Source: Acidobacteriota bacterium
GTDB taxonomy: Bacteria; Acidobacteriota; UBA4820; DSQY01
NCBI GenBank assembly: GCA_040752915.1
Contig: JBFMHB010000006.1
Coordinates: 1,179-65,178 of the forward strand
DNA: 64,000 nucleotides
Reading direction: 5' to 3'
The position numbers and the translations under genes are program-made. The notes under the pieces are model-generated. The model was given only the letters and a program-made list of their open reading frames with translations. It was not told the origin of the DNA and ran no database searches. Below, piece by piece: positions 54,893 to 64,000 of this stretch (the first letter of the stretch is position 1; every line of letters starts with the position of its first letter).

Positions 54893-55357
54893 CTAGCCCT
54901 CCGGCGGAGCGCCCGCGCCCTCGGCGGGTTTCGCGGCCGTCTTCTCGGCGGGGGCCTTGGCCTTCTTGGCGCCCTTGGCGGGCTTCGTCTCGAACTTGGG
55001 CTCGCGGCCCACGAGTTCCACGATGGCCTCCTCGGCGCCGTCGCCCCTTCGCGCGCCCAGCTTCAGCACGCGGGTGTACCCGCCGGGCCTCTGGGCGTAG
55101 AGCGGGCCGAGCACGGAGAAGAGCTTCTTCAGGGCCTCGGGGTCGTGCACATCCACGGCGCACAGCCGACGCGCGTGAAGCGTGTCCTTCTTGGCCAGGG
55201 TGATGAGCTTTTCGACGAAGCGGCGGAGCTCCTTGGCCTTGGCCAGCGTCGTGCGGATCCGGTCGTGCCGGATCAGGCTGACGGTCTGGTTTCGGAGCAG
55301 CGCGATGCGGTGTTCCGAGGTGCGGCCCAGTTTGCGGTGATCCATTCCGTGGCGCAT
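54893..55357 (-). CDS. rplQ: 50S ribosomal protein L17
   Basis: [17 protein letters not shown]..., with basic Ala/Lys-rich C-terminal extension. Confidence 0.9.
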   Translation of the reverse strand: MRHGMDHRKLGRTSEHRIALLRNQTVSLIRHDRIRTTLAKAKELRRFVEKLITLAKKDTLHARRLCAVDVHDPEALKKLFSVLGPLYAQRPGGYTRVLKLGARRGDGAEEAIVELVGREPKFETKPAKGAKKAKAPAEKTAAKPAEGAGAPPEG

Positions 55358-55364
55358 GGCGGCC

Positions 55365-56318
55365 TCACACGTTCATGCCGAGGGTCAGATCCAGCTTCTC
55401 CAGGAAGTCGTTGACCTCCTTGAGGGCCTTCTGACCGAAATTCTTGATCCCCTGGAGGTCCTTTTCCGTCATGCGGACGAGGTCCCTCACCGTCTCCACG
55501 TCGTTGGTCTGCAGCATTTTCACGATGCGTTGGTTCAGCTCCGTCTCGTCCAGGGCCTGGCCCAGGAGGTGTTCGAGACCGCCCGTCAGGACGGGCTGGG
55601 TCCCCTGGGGAATGACGGCGGCGTCGGGGCCCGTGAGGGCCCGGAAGAGCTCCAGGTGGGAGGTCAGGAGAGAGGCCGCGGAGGCCAGGGCCTGCTGGGG
55701 CGTGACGGCTCCGTTGGTCCAGATCTCCAGCTTCAGCTTCTCGTAGTCCGTGGCCTCGCCCACGCGGGTCTCGGTCACTTCGTAGTTGACCTTTCGGACG
55801 GGCGAGTGGATGGAATCGATGGCGATGTACTGCGGGTCCTCTACCTTGTTGGCCTCCGCGGGAACGTACCCACGCCCCTTGGTGAGGATGATCTCCATGT
55901 CGAGGGAGCCCTCCTCGTTGAGGGTGGCGATGGGGGCATCGGGGTTCAGGATGCGGATCGTGCCGTCGTGCTGGATGTCCCGGGCCTTGACTTCGGCCGG
56001 GCCCTGCACCGACAGGCGAAGGGTTTTCGGCTCGTCGGAGTGCTGGATGAACTGGATGGCCTTGAGGTTGAGCACCACGTCCGTCACGTCCTCGAGAACC
56101 CCGGGAACGGAGGTGAACTCGTGAAGAACGCCCTCGATCTTCACGGCCGAGATCGCCGCCCCCTCGATGGAGGAGAGGAGGATGCGCCTGAGCGCGTTGC
56201 CGAGGGTGATCCCCCAGCCCCGCTCCAGGGGCTGGGCCACGAACTCGCCGTAACGGTCCGTGAGGGTTTCGATATTGCACTCGATGAGGGTGGGCATCTG
56301 AAAAGGTTTCATGGGCAC
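55365..56318 (-). CDS. rpoA: DNA-directed RNA polymerase alpha subunit
   Basis: [21 protein letters not shown] (NTD) and C-terminal domain (TVRDL...NFGQKAL.EV). Confidence 0.9.
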   Translation of the reverse strand: MPMKPFQMPTLIECNIETLTDRYGEFVAQPLERGWGITLGNALRRILLSSIEGAAISAVKIEGVLHEFTSVPGVLEDVTDVVLNLKAIQFIQHSDEPKTLRLSVQGPAEVKARDIQHDGTIRILNPDAPIATLNEEGSLDMEIILTKGRGYVPAEANKVEDPQYIAIDSIHSPVRKVNYEVTETRVGEATDYEKLKLEIWTNGAVTPQQALASAASLLTSHLELFRALTGPDAAVIPQGTQPVLTGGLEHLLGQALDETELNQRIVKMLQTNDVETVRDLVRMTEKDLQGIKNFGQKALKEVNDFLEKLDLTLGMNV

Positions 56319-56333
56319 CCCGCTCCTTCGGCC

Positions 56334-56960
56334 TTACTTGGAATACAGCTCGACGATGAGCTGCTCCTCGATGGGGTAGGTGATGTCGGTGCGCTGCGGG
56401 TCCCGGACCACGGTACCCTTCAGGTTCTCGGCGTCCAGCCGCAGCCACTCGGGGACCCCTCGTCCGGACGAGGATTCCACGGCGGACTGCAGGAAGACGT
56501 TCTTGGCGAGCTCTCCCGAGACGGTGATCTCGTCCCCGGGCCGGACCCGGTAATTGGGGACGCCCACCCGGCGCCCGTTCACGCGGATGTGGCCGTGGGT
56601 CACCCACTGGCGGGACTGCTTGCGCGAGGAGGAGAAGCCGAGGCGGTAGACGGTGTTGTCCAGGCGCTTTTCGAGCAAGGACAGCAGGTTTTCTCCCGTG
56701 ACCCCCTTGAGCCGGTCGGCCTCGTGAAAGTAGGTGCGGAACTGGCGTTCGAGGACGCCGTAGATGCGCTTGGCCTTCTGCTTTTCGCGGAGCTGGACGC
56801 CGTAGCCCTTCATCTTGCCGCGGCGGCGGACGTGCTGACCGGGCGGCGTGTTGCGCTTCTCGATGGCGCACTTCTCCTTGAAGCAGCGGTCCCCCTTCAG
56901 GAAGAGCTTGACGCTTTCCCTGCGGCAGAGGCGGCAGACAGCAGCATGATACCGAGCCAA
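56334..56960 (-). CDS. rpsD: 30S ribosomal protein S4
   Basis: MARYHAAVCRLCRRE...KL.LKG.RC, with zinc-finger type N-terminus. Confidence 0.9.
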   Translation of the reverse strand: MARYHAAVCRLCRRESVKLFLKGDRCFKEKCAIEKRNTPPGQHVRRRGKMKGYGVQLREKQKAKRIYGVLERQFRTYFHEADRLKGVTGENLLSLLEKRLDNTVYRLGFSSSRKQSRQWVTHGHIRVNGRRVGVPNYRVRPGDEITVSGELAKNVFLQSAVESSSGRGVPEWLRLDAENLKGTVVRDPQRTDITYPIEEQLIVELYSK

Positions 56961-56974
56961 TGGAACCTCCTAAC

Positions 56975-57370
56975 TCACACGCGCCGCCGCTTTGGCGGAC
57001 GGCACCCGTTGTGGGGGATGGGCGTCATGTCGCGGATGGAGCGGATCTTGAGGCCCGAGCCTTGCACGGCCCGGATGGCCGATTCGCGGCCGGCCCCCGG
57101 TCCCGTGACTTCCACGTCCACCTCGCGCATTCCGTGCTCCATGGCCTTCTCGGCGGCCGCCCGGGCCGCCACCTGCGCGGCGAAGGGGGTGCCCTTCCGC
57201 GTTCCCTTGAAGCCCGAGGAGCCGGAGCTCGACCAAACGACCGTGTTGCCTTCCAGGTCCGTGACGTTCACCAGCGTGTTGTTGAAGGTGGCGCTGATGT
57301 GCACCACGCCCATGGGGATGTTCTTCTTCTCGCGCCGGGGCGTTCTCTTTCCAGCCTTTGCCTTCGCCAT
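56975..57370 (-). CDS. rpsK: 30S ribosomal protein S11
   Basis: [17 protein letters not shown]...W.S.G..GFKG..K.TPFAAQ. Confidence 0.9.
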   Translation of the reverse strand: MAKAKAGKRTPRREKKNIPMGVVHISATFNNTLVNVTDLEGNTVVWSSSGSSGFKGTRKGTPFAAQVAARAAAEKAMEHGMREVDVEVTGPGAGRESAIRAVQGSGLKIRSIRDMTPIPHNGCRPPKRRRV

Positions 57371-57391
57371 TCTCGCGCTCCTTGTGAAGGC

Positions 57392-57772
57392 TTACTTCTT
57401 GGTGGCCTTCTTTTTCCCGGGGACGGCCCTGCGGGGTCCCTTGTGGGTCCGTGCGTTGGTGTGGGTCCGCTGTCCGCGGACGGGCAGGCCCGTGCGGTGG
57501 CGGATTCCCCGGTAGCTCCCGATATCGATCAGGCGCCGGATGTCCATCTGGAGCTTCTTGCGGAGGTCGCCCTCCACGTTGCCCTCATCCTGGATGACCT
57601 TTCGGATCCGGGAGACCTCGTCTTCCGTGAGGTCCTTCACCCGGACGTCGGGGCTGACCCCCGCCTTCTCCAGAATGGCCCGGGACCGGGAGTCGCCGAT
57701 CCCGAAAATGTAGGTCAGGGCCACCTCGACCCGCTTGTTGAGCGGGAGATCAATGCCCGAGATACGTGCCAC
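57392..57772 (-). CDS. rpsM: 30S ribosomal protein S13
   Basis: [24 protein letters not shown]...; GTG start. Confidence 0.9.
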   Translation of the reverse strand: MARISGIDLPLNKRVEVALTYIFGIGDSRSRAILEKAGVSPDVRVKDLTEDEVSRIRKVIQDEGNVEGDLRKKLQMDIRRLIDIGSYRGIRHRTGLPVRGQRTHTNARTHKGPRRAVPGKKKATKK

Positions 57773-57783
57773 GGCCGGCCTCC

Positions 57784-57897
57784 TTACCCTTGCCTTTGCT
57801 TGTGCTTCGGGTTGTCACAGATGACCCGGATCACGCCCTTGCGCTTGATGATCTTGCACTTCGGGCAGATTTTCTTCACCGACGGTCTGACTTTCAT
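57784..57897 (-). CDS. rpmJ: 50S ribosomal protein L36
   Basis: Not in the ORF track. Minus-strand translation [37 protein letters not shown] (C..C...C...H zinc ribbon). Confidence 0.85.
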   Translation of the reverse strand: MKVRPSVKKICPKCKIIKRKGVIRVICDNPKHKQRQG

Positions 57898-57909
57898 GGC
57901 CTCACTCCG

Positions 57910-58131
57910 CTAGCTCTTGAACCGGTAGACGATGCGCCCCCGGTTCAGGTCGTAAGGGGAGAGCTCGACGAGGATCTGGTCCCCGGGCAGGATGCGGATG
58001 AAGTGCTTTCTCATCTTGCCCGAGATGTGCGCGAGCACCCGGTGCCCGCTCTCCAGCTCCACCCGGAACATGGCGTTGGGCAATGCCTCCTTCACCACCG
58101 CCTTCATCTGGATGACATCGTCCTTGCTCAT
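57910..58131 (-). CDS. infA: Translation initiation factor IF-1
   Basis: [38 protein letters not shown]...IRILPGD. Confidence 0.9.
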   Translation of the reverse strand: MSKDDVIQMKAVVKEALPNAMFRVELESGHRVLAHISGKMRKHFIRILPGDQILVELSPYDLNRGRIVYRFKS

Positions 58132-58880
58132 ACCCCCTGAACCCCCAATATCCTCGGGCCGGCCTGGGTCACCGCCACGCTGAACTCGAAGTGCGCCGAG
58201 CGCCGGCCGTCGGCCGTGCGGACGGTCCAGCCGTCCTCGTCCACGGACACGCCGGGTTCCCCTTCGTTCACCATGGGCTCGATGGCCAGGACCATGCCCG
58301 CCTGAAGCCGGGGCCCGCGTCCCGGGTCGCCGAAATTGGGGACCTGGGGCTCCTCGTGAAGGGCCCGACCCACCCCGTGGCCCACGTAATCGCGGACCAC
58401 GCTGAAACCGTGCTTCTCCACGTGGGTCTGCACGGCGTGGGACACGTCCGAGACGCGGTTGCCCTCTCGCACGAGTTCAATGCCGGCGAGGAGGCTCTCC
58501 CTCGTCACGCGGATCAGCCGCTCGCCATCGGGGTCGAGCCCGCCGACGGCGCACGTCCTCGCCGCGTCCCCGTAGAAATCGCGGTAGATGACCCCGAAGT
58601 CCATGGACACCAGGTCGCCCGCCTGAAGCTTGCGGGGCCCGGGGATCCCGTGGACCACCTCGTCGTTGATGGAGATGCAGACCGAGGCGGGGTATCCGTT
58701 GTACCCCTTGAAGGCCGGCTTCGCCCCGCGACGGGTCGCCACGTCCTCGGCGATGGCGTCCAGCTCCTGGAGCGCCACGCCGGGGGCCAGCTCCTTCTCG
58801 AGCCGGTCCAGGACGTCGAGGACGATGCGGTTCGCCTCGTCCATGATGTCGACCTCTTGGGGCGTCTTCAGGTGGATCAT
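58128..58880 (-). CDS. map: Methionine aminopeptidase type I
   Basis: MIHLKTPQE...V.HGIP...L..GD....D.G......D...T..VG; metal ligands H/D/E present. ATG at 58880. Confidence 0.85.
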   Translation of the reverse strand: MIHLKTPQEVDIMDEANRIVLDVLDRLEKELAPGVALQELDAIAEDVATRRGAKPAFKGYNGYPASVCISINDEVVHGIPGPRKLQAGDLVSMDFGVIYRDFYGDAARTCAVGGLDPDGERLIRVTRESLLAGIELVREGNRVSDVSHAVQTHVEKHGFSVVRDYVGHGVGRALHEEPQVPNFGDPGRGPRLQAGMVLAIEPMVNEGEPGVSVDEDGWTVRTADGRRSAHFEFSVAVTQAGPRILGVQGV

Positions 58881-59530
58881 CCGATGGCCTTCTCCAGGGC
58901 TTCCAAGACCTGGGCCGGGGCCACGTCGCCCGGAACGGACTTCAGGCGCCCCGCTTCCCGGAAGTGGCTCGAAAGGGGAGCGGTTTTCTCGTGATACACG
59001 CGCAGCCGCTCGCGGATCACGGATTCCTTGTCGTCGTCCCTCAGCACGAGCCCTGTGCCGCATTTATCGCAAACCCCCTCCTTCTTGGGGGGGGAGAAGA
59101 CGAGGTTGTACACGGCGCCGCAGGCCGGGCAGGAACGCCGGCTGCCGAGGCGCGTCACGATCACGTCGTCGGCCACCTCGAGCTCCAGGGCCGTCACCGG
59201 GTCCTTGCCCAGATCGCCGAGGATCCCGGCGAGGATGCCGGCCTGGGAGAGGTTCCTGGGATACCCGTCGAGGATGAACCCCTTGTCGCAATCCGCCTTG
59301 GCCAGGCGCTCTTTCACGATACCCGTGAGGAGTTCGTCCGACACCAGCCCGCCGCTTTCCATGACGGATTTCGCCTTCAGCCCCAGGGGCGTGCCCTCGC
59401 GCACGGCCTCCCGAAGCATGTCTCCCGTGGAGATGTGGGGGACGCCGAGACGGACGGCCAGCTCTTTGGCCTGAGTACCCTTGCCGGCCCCAGGGGGCCC
59501 CAACAGCACGAGGTTCTTTTGGTGGTGCAT
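58877..59530 (-). CDS. adk: Adenylate kinase (with Cys4 lid)
   Basis: LVLLGPPGAGKGTQA, LID with CPACG...CDKCG. Confidence 0.9.
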   Translation of the reverse strand: MHHQKNLVLLGPPGAGKGTQAKELAVRLGVPHISTGDMLREAVREGTPLGLKAKSVMESGGLVSDELLTGIVKERLAKADCDKGFILDGYPRNLSQAGILAGILGDLGKDPVTALELEVADDVIVTRLGSRRSCPACGAVYNLVFSPPKKEGVCDKCGTGLVLRDDDKESVIRERLRVYHEKTAPLSSHFREAGRLKSVPGDVAPAQVLEALEKAIG

Positions 59531-60939
59531 CACTTCCTCCCCCGAATTCGCGTGCGGCGCGAGAACCCTTCGTAGTGCCGCATGACGAGCTGCGATTCCA
59601 CCTGCTGGAGCGTGTCCATGGCGACGCCCACGACGATGAGGAGCGAGGTGCCGCCGAAATAGAAGTTCAGGTTGAAGCCCCTGAGGATCCAATCCAGCCG
59701 GAGCGCCTTGAAGAGGTTCTCGATGGAGGGTCCGATTCCCCACAGGTGCTGGAGGGGGAAGCCGGAGATGAGGATCACGGGGAGGAGGGCCACGATGATC
59801 AGGTAGATGGAGCCCGCGAAGAGCAGCCGGTTGAGCGAACGGTACAGGTAGTCGCTCGTGCTCTTTCCGGGGCGGATGCCGGGGATGAAGCCGCCGTACT
59901 TCTTGAGGTTCTCGGCCAGGTCCTCGGGGTTGAAGACGATGCTCACGTAGAAGAAGGTGAAGAGGACGATGAGGGCCCCGTACAGAGCGAGGTAGGTCAG
60001 GTTCCCGTACCCCAGGTAGGAGTTGAGGACCCGAACCGCCTCGTATTTGTCCAGAGCCGGGAGGCTCAGGATCGTCTGGGGAACCGCCAGGAGCGACACC
60101 GCGAAGATGATGGGCATGACCCCGCCGGGGTTGAGCTTCAAGGGGAAGTAGACGGCCTGCCCGCCCACCATTTTCCGGCCCACCATCCGCTTGGCGTACT
60201 GGATGGGGATCTTCCTCTGGGCCCGCTCGAAGTACACGATGAAGGCCACGACTCCGACCATGAAGGCCACGAGGAGGGCCACCACGAAGACCGAGAGGTT
60301 GCCCTCCTGGACCTGCCGGAAGGTCTGGACGGCGGCGGGGATGAGGCCCACCACGATGCCCGAGTAGATCATCAGGGAGATGCCGTTTCCGACGCCGCGG
60401 GCCGTGATCTGCTCGCCGAGCCACATGACGAAGGTGGCGCCGGCCGTGAGGATGATCACGGTGAGGACGTGGTAGCCGAAGCTGGGGTTCTCCACGACGC
60501 GCTTGGCCGTGACGGGGCTCACCAGGCTCTTGACCCAGAAGGAGATGCCCAGGCCCTGGACGACGCAGATGAGAATCGTCAGGTACCGGGAGTACTGCAC
60601 GATCTTCTTCCGGCCCTCGGCTCCGCCTTCCTTCTGCAGTTTCTCGATGTAGGGCCAGACGACCCCGAGGAGCTGCATGATGATGGAGGCGGTGATGTAC
60701 GGCATGATGCCCAGTGCAAAGATGGTGCACCGCTCGAGGGCGCCGCCCGAAAAGAGGTTCACGAACCCGAGGACGCCCGAACTGGCATACTGCTGGAAGA
60801 ACTCCTGCAGGGCCAGGGCGTCGATTCCGGGCGTGGGGATCTGGGAGCCCACGCGGTACACGGCGAGGAGCAGGAACGTGAATATGATCCTCTTCCTGAG
60901 GTCGGGGATCCTGAAGAGGTTCTGGAAGGCTTCGATCAC
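59530..60939 (-). CDS. secY: Preprotein translocase subunit SecY
   Basis: 10-TM protein. RIIFTFLLLAVYRVGSQIPTPGID..., GIMPYITASIIMQLL. GTG start at 60939. Confidence 0.85.
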   Translation of the reverse strand: MIEAFQNLFRIPDLRKRIIFTFLLLAVYRVGSQIPTPGIDALALQEFFQQYASSGVLGFVNLFSGGALERCTIFALGIMPYITASIIMQLLGVVWPYIEKLQKEGGAEGRKKIVQYSRYLTILICVVQGLGISFWVKSLVSPVTAKRVVENPSFGYHVLTVIILTAGATFVMWLGEQITARGVGNGISLMIYSGIVVGLIPAAVQTFRQVQEGNLSVFVVALLVAFMVGVVAFIVYFERAQRKIPIQYAKRMVGRKMVGGQAVYFPLKLNPGGVMPIIFAVSLLAVPQTILSLPALDKYEAVRVLNSYLGYGNLTYLALYGALIVLFTFFYVSIVFNPEDLAENLKKYGGFIPGIRPGKSTSDYLYRSLNRLLFAGSIYLIIVALLPVILISGFPLQHLWGIGPSIENLFKALRLDWILRGFNLNFYFGGTSLLIVVGVAMDTLQQVESQLVMRHYEGFSRRTRIRGRK

Positions 60940-61382
60940 GGCTGCCTCACCTCCACCCGTCCTCCCGCCGCCTCGATGACCTGCCGGGCCTTCTCGGAGA
61001 AGGCGTCGGCCACCACCGTCATGGCCTTGTCCAGGGCGCCCACGCCCAGGATCTTCACGAGGGAGGTCTCGGACCGGATGAGACCCGCCCGCTTGAGGGT
61101 CTTGGCGTTCACCTCGCTCCCGCCCTCGAAGGCCGAGAGGCGGCCCACGTTCACGATCTCCCACTTCTTGGCGAAGACGTTCGTGAAGCCCCTCTTGGGG
61201 ATCCGGCGCATGAGGGGCATCTGTCCGCCCTCGAAGCCGGGGTTCTGGTGGAATCCGGAGCGGGACTTCTGTCCCTTGTGGCCCTTGCCGGCGGTCTTGC
61301 CGTGGCCGGAGCCCGGGCCGCGGCCGATGCGCTTGGGCTTCTTGACGGCGCCCTTGGCGGGCTTCAGCTCGGAGAGAAACAT
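60936..61382 (-). CDS. rplO: 50S ribosomal protein L15
   Basis: L.ELKPAKGAVKKPKRIGRGPGSG.GKTAGKGHKGQ. Confidence 0.9.
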   Translation of the reverse strand: MFLSELKPAKGAVKKPKRIGRGPGSGHGKTAGKGHKGQKSRSGFHQNPGFEGGQMPLMRRIPKRGFTNVFAKKWEIVNVGRLSAFEGGSEVNAKTLKRAGLIRSETSLVKILGVGALDKAMTVVADAFSEKARQVIEAAGGRVEVRQP

Positions 61383-61392
61383 GGCCGTCCCC

Positions 61393-61593
61393 CTACTCTT
61401 CCGTGACCGTCAAGAGGTGCTTGACGGCGAAGATCATGCCGCGGATTTCCGGCCGGTCCGGGTAGCGCCGCGTGCTGTTCATTCTTCTGAGCCCCATGCT
61501 CCAGACCACCTTGCGGAGTTTCTCCGTCCCGGGCCTGCGCACCAGGGTGACCACGAGCTGTTTTTCTTTCACGGGAGCCTTCTTCGCGGCCAT
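61393..61593 (-). CDS. rpmD: 50S ribosomal protein L30
   Basis: 66 aa. LVVTLVRRPGTEKLRKVVWSMGLRRMN. Confidence 0.85.
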   Translation of the reverse strand: MAAKKAPVKEKQLVVTLVRRPGTEKLRKVVWSMGLRRMNSTRRYPDRPEIRGMIFAVKHLLTVTEE

Positions 61594-61596
61594 GGC

Positions 61597-62097
61597 TTAC
61601 CCCACGAGTTCTTCGAGGGTCTTACCCCTCTTGCGGGCCACCTTCTCGGGGCTCTGGAGGCTCTTGAGCCCCTGCAGGGTGGCCTTCACCACGTTCTGGG
61701 GGTTGTTGGTCCCCACGCACTTGGTGAGGATGTCCTGGACGCCCGCCGCCTCCATGACGGCCCGCACGGCGCCGCCGGCGATGACGCCGGTTCCCTTGGA
61801 GGCGGGGCGGAGCACGACGTGGCCCGCGCCGAATTTCCCCTCCACGAAGTGGGGAATCGTGTTCCCCTGGAGGGAGACGCGGAACATGTTCCGCTTGGCC
61901 TGCTCGACGCCCTTGGAGATGGCCAGGGGGACCTCGCGGGCCTTGCCGAGGCCGCAGCCCACGCGGCCCGCGCCGTCGCCCACCACCACCAGGGCGGAGA
62001 AGCTGAAGTTCTTGCCGCCCTTGACCACCTTGGTCACGCGGCGGATCGAGACCACCTGCTCCTTGAATTCCAGCTCGCTCACCGATCGCTCTTCCAT
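61597..62097 (-). CDS. rpsE: 30S ribosomal protein S5
   Basis: [38 protein letters not shown]. Start at MEERS, 10 nt after the rplR stop. Confidence 0.9.
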   Translation of the reverse strand: MEERSVSELEFKEQVVSIRRVTKVVKGGKNFSFSALVVVGDGAGRVGCGLGKAREVPLAISKGVEQAKRNMFRVSLQGNTIPHFVEGKFGAGHVVLRPASKGTGVIAGGAVRAVMEAAGVQDILTKCVGTNNPQNVVKATLQGLKSLQSPEKVARKRGKTLEELVG

Positions 62098-62107
62098 GAT
62101 CCCGCTC

Positions 62108-62485
62108 CTAGAACTGCAGGCCGCCCTTGCGGGCACCCTCGGCCACGGCCTTGATCCGGCCGTGGTAGACGTAGCCGCCGCGGTCGAAGACCACGGCCTC
62201 TATCCCCTTGGCCTTGAGGCGCTCGGAGACGATGAGGCCGATCTTCTCCGCCACGGACGTGTGCTTTCCGGACGTGGTGAGGGTCGCGCGAACGGTGGGC
62301 TCCAGCGAGGAGGCCTGGGCCAAGGTCGTTCCCGAAGCGTCGTCCACGGCCTGCACGTAGATGAACTTCCGGCTCTTGAACACGACCAGCCGGGGGCGTT
62401 CGGCCGTTCCCTCGATCTTCTTGAGGATGCGCACCCGGCGCCGTGCCCTCTTCTGCTTTCGATCCAAATGATTCAGCTTGCCCAT
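62108..62485 (-). CDS. rplR: 50S ribosomal protein L18
   Basis: [29 protein letters not shown]. Confidence 0.9.
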   Translation of the reverse strand: MGKLNHLDRKQKRARRRVRILKKIEGTAERPRLVVFKSRKFIYVQAVDDASGTTLAQASSLEPTVRATLTTSGKHTSVAEKIGLIVSERLKAKGIEAVVFDRGGYVYHGRIKAVAEGARKGGLQF

Positions 62486-62503
62486 TTCGTCACTCCGTCC
62501 GGC

Positions 62504-63040
62504 CTACTTCGCCGCCTTGCCGGCCTTGCGGATGATGGTCTCGTCCGAGTAGTGGACGCCCTTGCCCTTGTACGGCTCCGGCTTGCGATACGACCGGATC
62601 TGGGCCGCGATCTGGCCCACCTTCTGGCGGTCGAACCCCGTCACGACCACATGGGTGGACTTCTCCACCGTGATCTGGATCCCCTCCGGAATGGCGAGCG
62701 TGATCGGGTGGGAATGGCCGAGGTTGAAGACCACGTTGTTTCCGTCGAGGGTGGCCTTGTAGCCGACGCCCACGATGTCCAGTTCCTTCTTGAAGCCCTC
62801 GGTGACGCCCTTGACGGCGTTGGCCAGGAGGGCCCGCGTGAGCCCGTGGAGGGACCGGGCGGTCTTGGAGTCGTCCCCCCGGGACACCACCAGGCTGCCG
62901 CCGTCCACGGCGCAGGAGATGCCCTGCGGGACGGGGGTATCCAGGCTCCCCTTGGGGCCCGTCACCCGGACGGCCCCCTGTTCCACGGCGACCTTCACCG
63001 TTCCGGGGAGGGAGATGGGCTGCTTACCAACGCGAGACAT
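62504..63040 (-). CDS. rplF: 50S ribosomal protein L6
   Basis: MSRVGKQPISLP.TVKV......V.V.GPKG.L. Confidence 0.9.
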   Translation of the reverse strand: MSRVGKQPISLPGTVKVAVEQGAVRVTGPKGSLDTPVPQGISCAVDGGSLVVSRGDDSKTARSLHGLTRALLANAVKGVTEGFKKELDIVGVGYKATLDGNNVVFNLGHSHPITLAIPEGIQITVEKSTHVVVTGFDRQKVGQIAAQIRSYRKPEPYKGKGVHYSDETIIRKAGKAAK

Positions 63041-63049
63041 GCGTTCCTC

Positions 63050-63448
63050 CTACCATACCGTGCACAGCAGTTCGCCGCCGACGCCTTCGCGCCGCGCCTG
63101 CTTGTCGGTGAGGACGCCGCGGGACGTGGTCAGGATGCCCGTTCCCAGTCCCCCGAGCACGGGGCGGATGTCGTCCCGCCCGACGTAGACCCGCCGGCCG
63201 GGGCTCGACTCGCGCCTCAGGCCCTCGATGACGGGGCGCCCATCGGACGAGTATTTGAGGTCCAGGCGCAGGATGCCCTGCTTCCCGTCCTCCGTGACCT
63301 TGAAATTGAGGATGTAACCCTCCTCCTTGAGGATCTTGGCGACCTCCACCTTGAGGGAGGAGGAGGGAAGCTCCACGAAGCTCTTCTTCGCGCGAAGTCC
63401 GTTGCGGATGCGCGTGAGGAGGTCGGCGATGGGGTCCGTCATACTCAT
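63050..63448 (-). CDS. rpsH: 30S ribosomal protein S8
   Basis: MSMTDPIADLLTRIRNG..AK...V..P.S.LK..VAKIL.EEGYI. Confidence 0.9.
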   Translation of the reverse strand: MSMTDPIADLLTRIRNGLRAKKSFVELPSSSLKVEVAKILKEEGYILNFKVTEDGKQGILRLDLKYSSDGRPVIEGLRRESSPGRRVYVGRDDIRPVLGGLGTGILTTSRGVLTDKQARREGVGGELLCTVW

Positions 63449-63457
63449 GGCTTCACC

Positions 63458-63643
63458 TCACCACGACGCCTTGGTGACACCGGGGAGCTGGCCCTGGAGG
63501 GCGAGCTGGCGCAGGCAGCACCGGCAGAGCGCGAATTTTCGATAGTAGCCGCGGGGCCGACCGCACCGCTTGCAACGGTTGTGGTAGCGGACCGCGAACT
63601 TGGGTTTCTTTGCCATCTTGGCGAAAGCGCGGATGCTGGCCAT
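63458..63643 (-). CDS. rpsZ: 30S ribosomal protein S14 type Z (zinc-binding)
   Basis: 61 aa. [22 protein letters not shown] (CxxC...CxxC). Confidence 0.85.
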   Translation of the reverse strand: MASIRAFAKMAKKPKFAVRYHNRCKRCGRPRGYYRKFALCRCCLRQLALQGQLPGVTKASW

Positions 63644-63658
63644 TCTTCTGAGACCTCC

Positions 63659-64000
63659 CTACTTGCGGAACGGCATGCCGAAAAGCCCAAGGAGCGCCTT
63701 CGCCTCGGGGTCCGTCTTGGCCGTCGTGCCGATGGTGACGTTCATGCCCATGGCACGCGTGATCTTGTTGTACTCGACTTCGGGAAAGATCAGCTGGTCC
63801 TTGATCCCCAGCGTGTAGTTGCCATGGCCGTCGAAGGCGCGATCGGGCACGCCGCGGAAGTCCCGCATCCGGGGAATGGCCAGGCTGATGAGCCGGTCCA
63901 GGAACTCGTACATGCGGAATCCCCGGAGGGTCACCATGGCGCCGATGGGCTGGCCCTGCCGGAGCTTGAAGTTCGACACGGACTTCCGGGCCCGGCGCAC
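63659..64000 (-). CDS. rplE: 50S ribosomal protein L5 (C-terminal part; gene continues beyond the window)
   Basis: ...[25 protein letters not shown]...GMNVTI.TTAKTD.EAKALL. The ORF is open at the window edge. Confidence 0.85.
   Translation of the reverse strand: MRRARKSVSNFKLRQGQPIGAMVTLRGFRMYEFLDRLISLAIPRMRDFRGVPDRAFDGHGNYTLGIKDQLIFPEVEYNKITRAMGMNVTIGTTAKTDPEAKALLGLFGMPFRK

Noticed and set aside
1-64000. CRISPR arrays, IS elements, integrases, prophage genes, rRNA
   Set aside because: No regularly spaced direct repeats, transposase or integrase motifs, or rRNA-like sequence were seen. Only the 11-nt tandem duplication at 36134-36155 and homopolymer tracts were noted.

Overview
This 64 kb window is a gene-dense, roughly 70% GC bacterial chromosome segment. 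Annotation used the supplied ORF track plus motif reading only; no searches were run. About 85 genes are supportable, almost all housekeeping. Many are tightly packed with ATGA/GTGA/TGATG stop-start overlaps. Many long ORFs in the supplied track lie antisense to recognisable genes; they are GC-frame artefacts and were not called. No CRISPR array, transposase, integrase or rRNA was found.

Genes that can be supported:
- Plus-strand head of the window: a membrane PP2C/SpoIIE phosphatase, a LarB-like PurE-family protein, a TrmN6-like methyltransferase fused in frame to a Mut7-C RNase domain, and pyrE.
- A minus-strand ccmA-ccmB-ccmC operon with a candidate ccmD, followed by a DUF62 SAM-hydroxide adenosyltransferase.
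- An HD-GYP protein, then rplU-rpmA-obg-nadD-rsfS and a degenerate NtrC-like AAA+/HTH regulator.
- rlmH, a DksA-family protein, a LapB-like TPR/rubredoxin protein and gpmI.
- A long minus-strand operon: hypothetical, GldA/F/G-like ABC transporter, DUF4340, DUF2752, rfaE-like kinase, menG/ubiE, ruvX, mltG and a TrmH-family methyltransferase.
- hsp20 and mutS, divergent from glnA.
- udg, coaBC, aspS, hisS, smpB, and a ZAS anti-sigma/ECF sigma pair.
- A YjbQ-family protein, and a minus-strand operon of two flavin/NAD(P)H oxidoreductases, a lipoprotein and a patatin-like lipase.
- tRNA-Leu(TAA) and tRNA-Cys(GCA), and an MbfA-like ferritin-VIT1 iron transporter.
- tsaE, nnr, a TPR protein with two cNMP-binding domains, bcp, ubiX and a ubiA-family prenyltransferase.
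- A CoADR/Nox-family oxidoreductase, an LPS/Kdo-kinase-family protein, mtaB, a secreted TPR protein and rarA.
- The classic rplQ-rpoA-rpsD-rpsK-rpsM-rpmJ-infA-map-adk-secY-rplO-rpmD-rpsE-rplR-rplF-rpsH-rpsZ-rplE cluster.

No obviously novel multi-gene system (defence, mobile or biosynthetic) could be demonstrated from sequence alone. The candidates most worth a second look are:
- a self-contained promoter-ORF-terminator unit in an AT-rich pocket at 30.67-31.03 kb;
- a structured ~270-nt GC-rich leader at 25.5-25.8 kb;
- the methyltransferase-Mut7-C fusion;
- a catalytically degenerate bEBP-like regulator;
- the TPR plus tandem-cNMP protein;
- palindromic operators over the consensus hsp20 promoter.

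Lineage cannot be assigned from the sequence. The gene content (System I cytochrome c maturation, lapB, rfaE, Kdo-kinase) suggests a diderm, LPS-containing bacterium.
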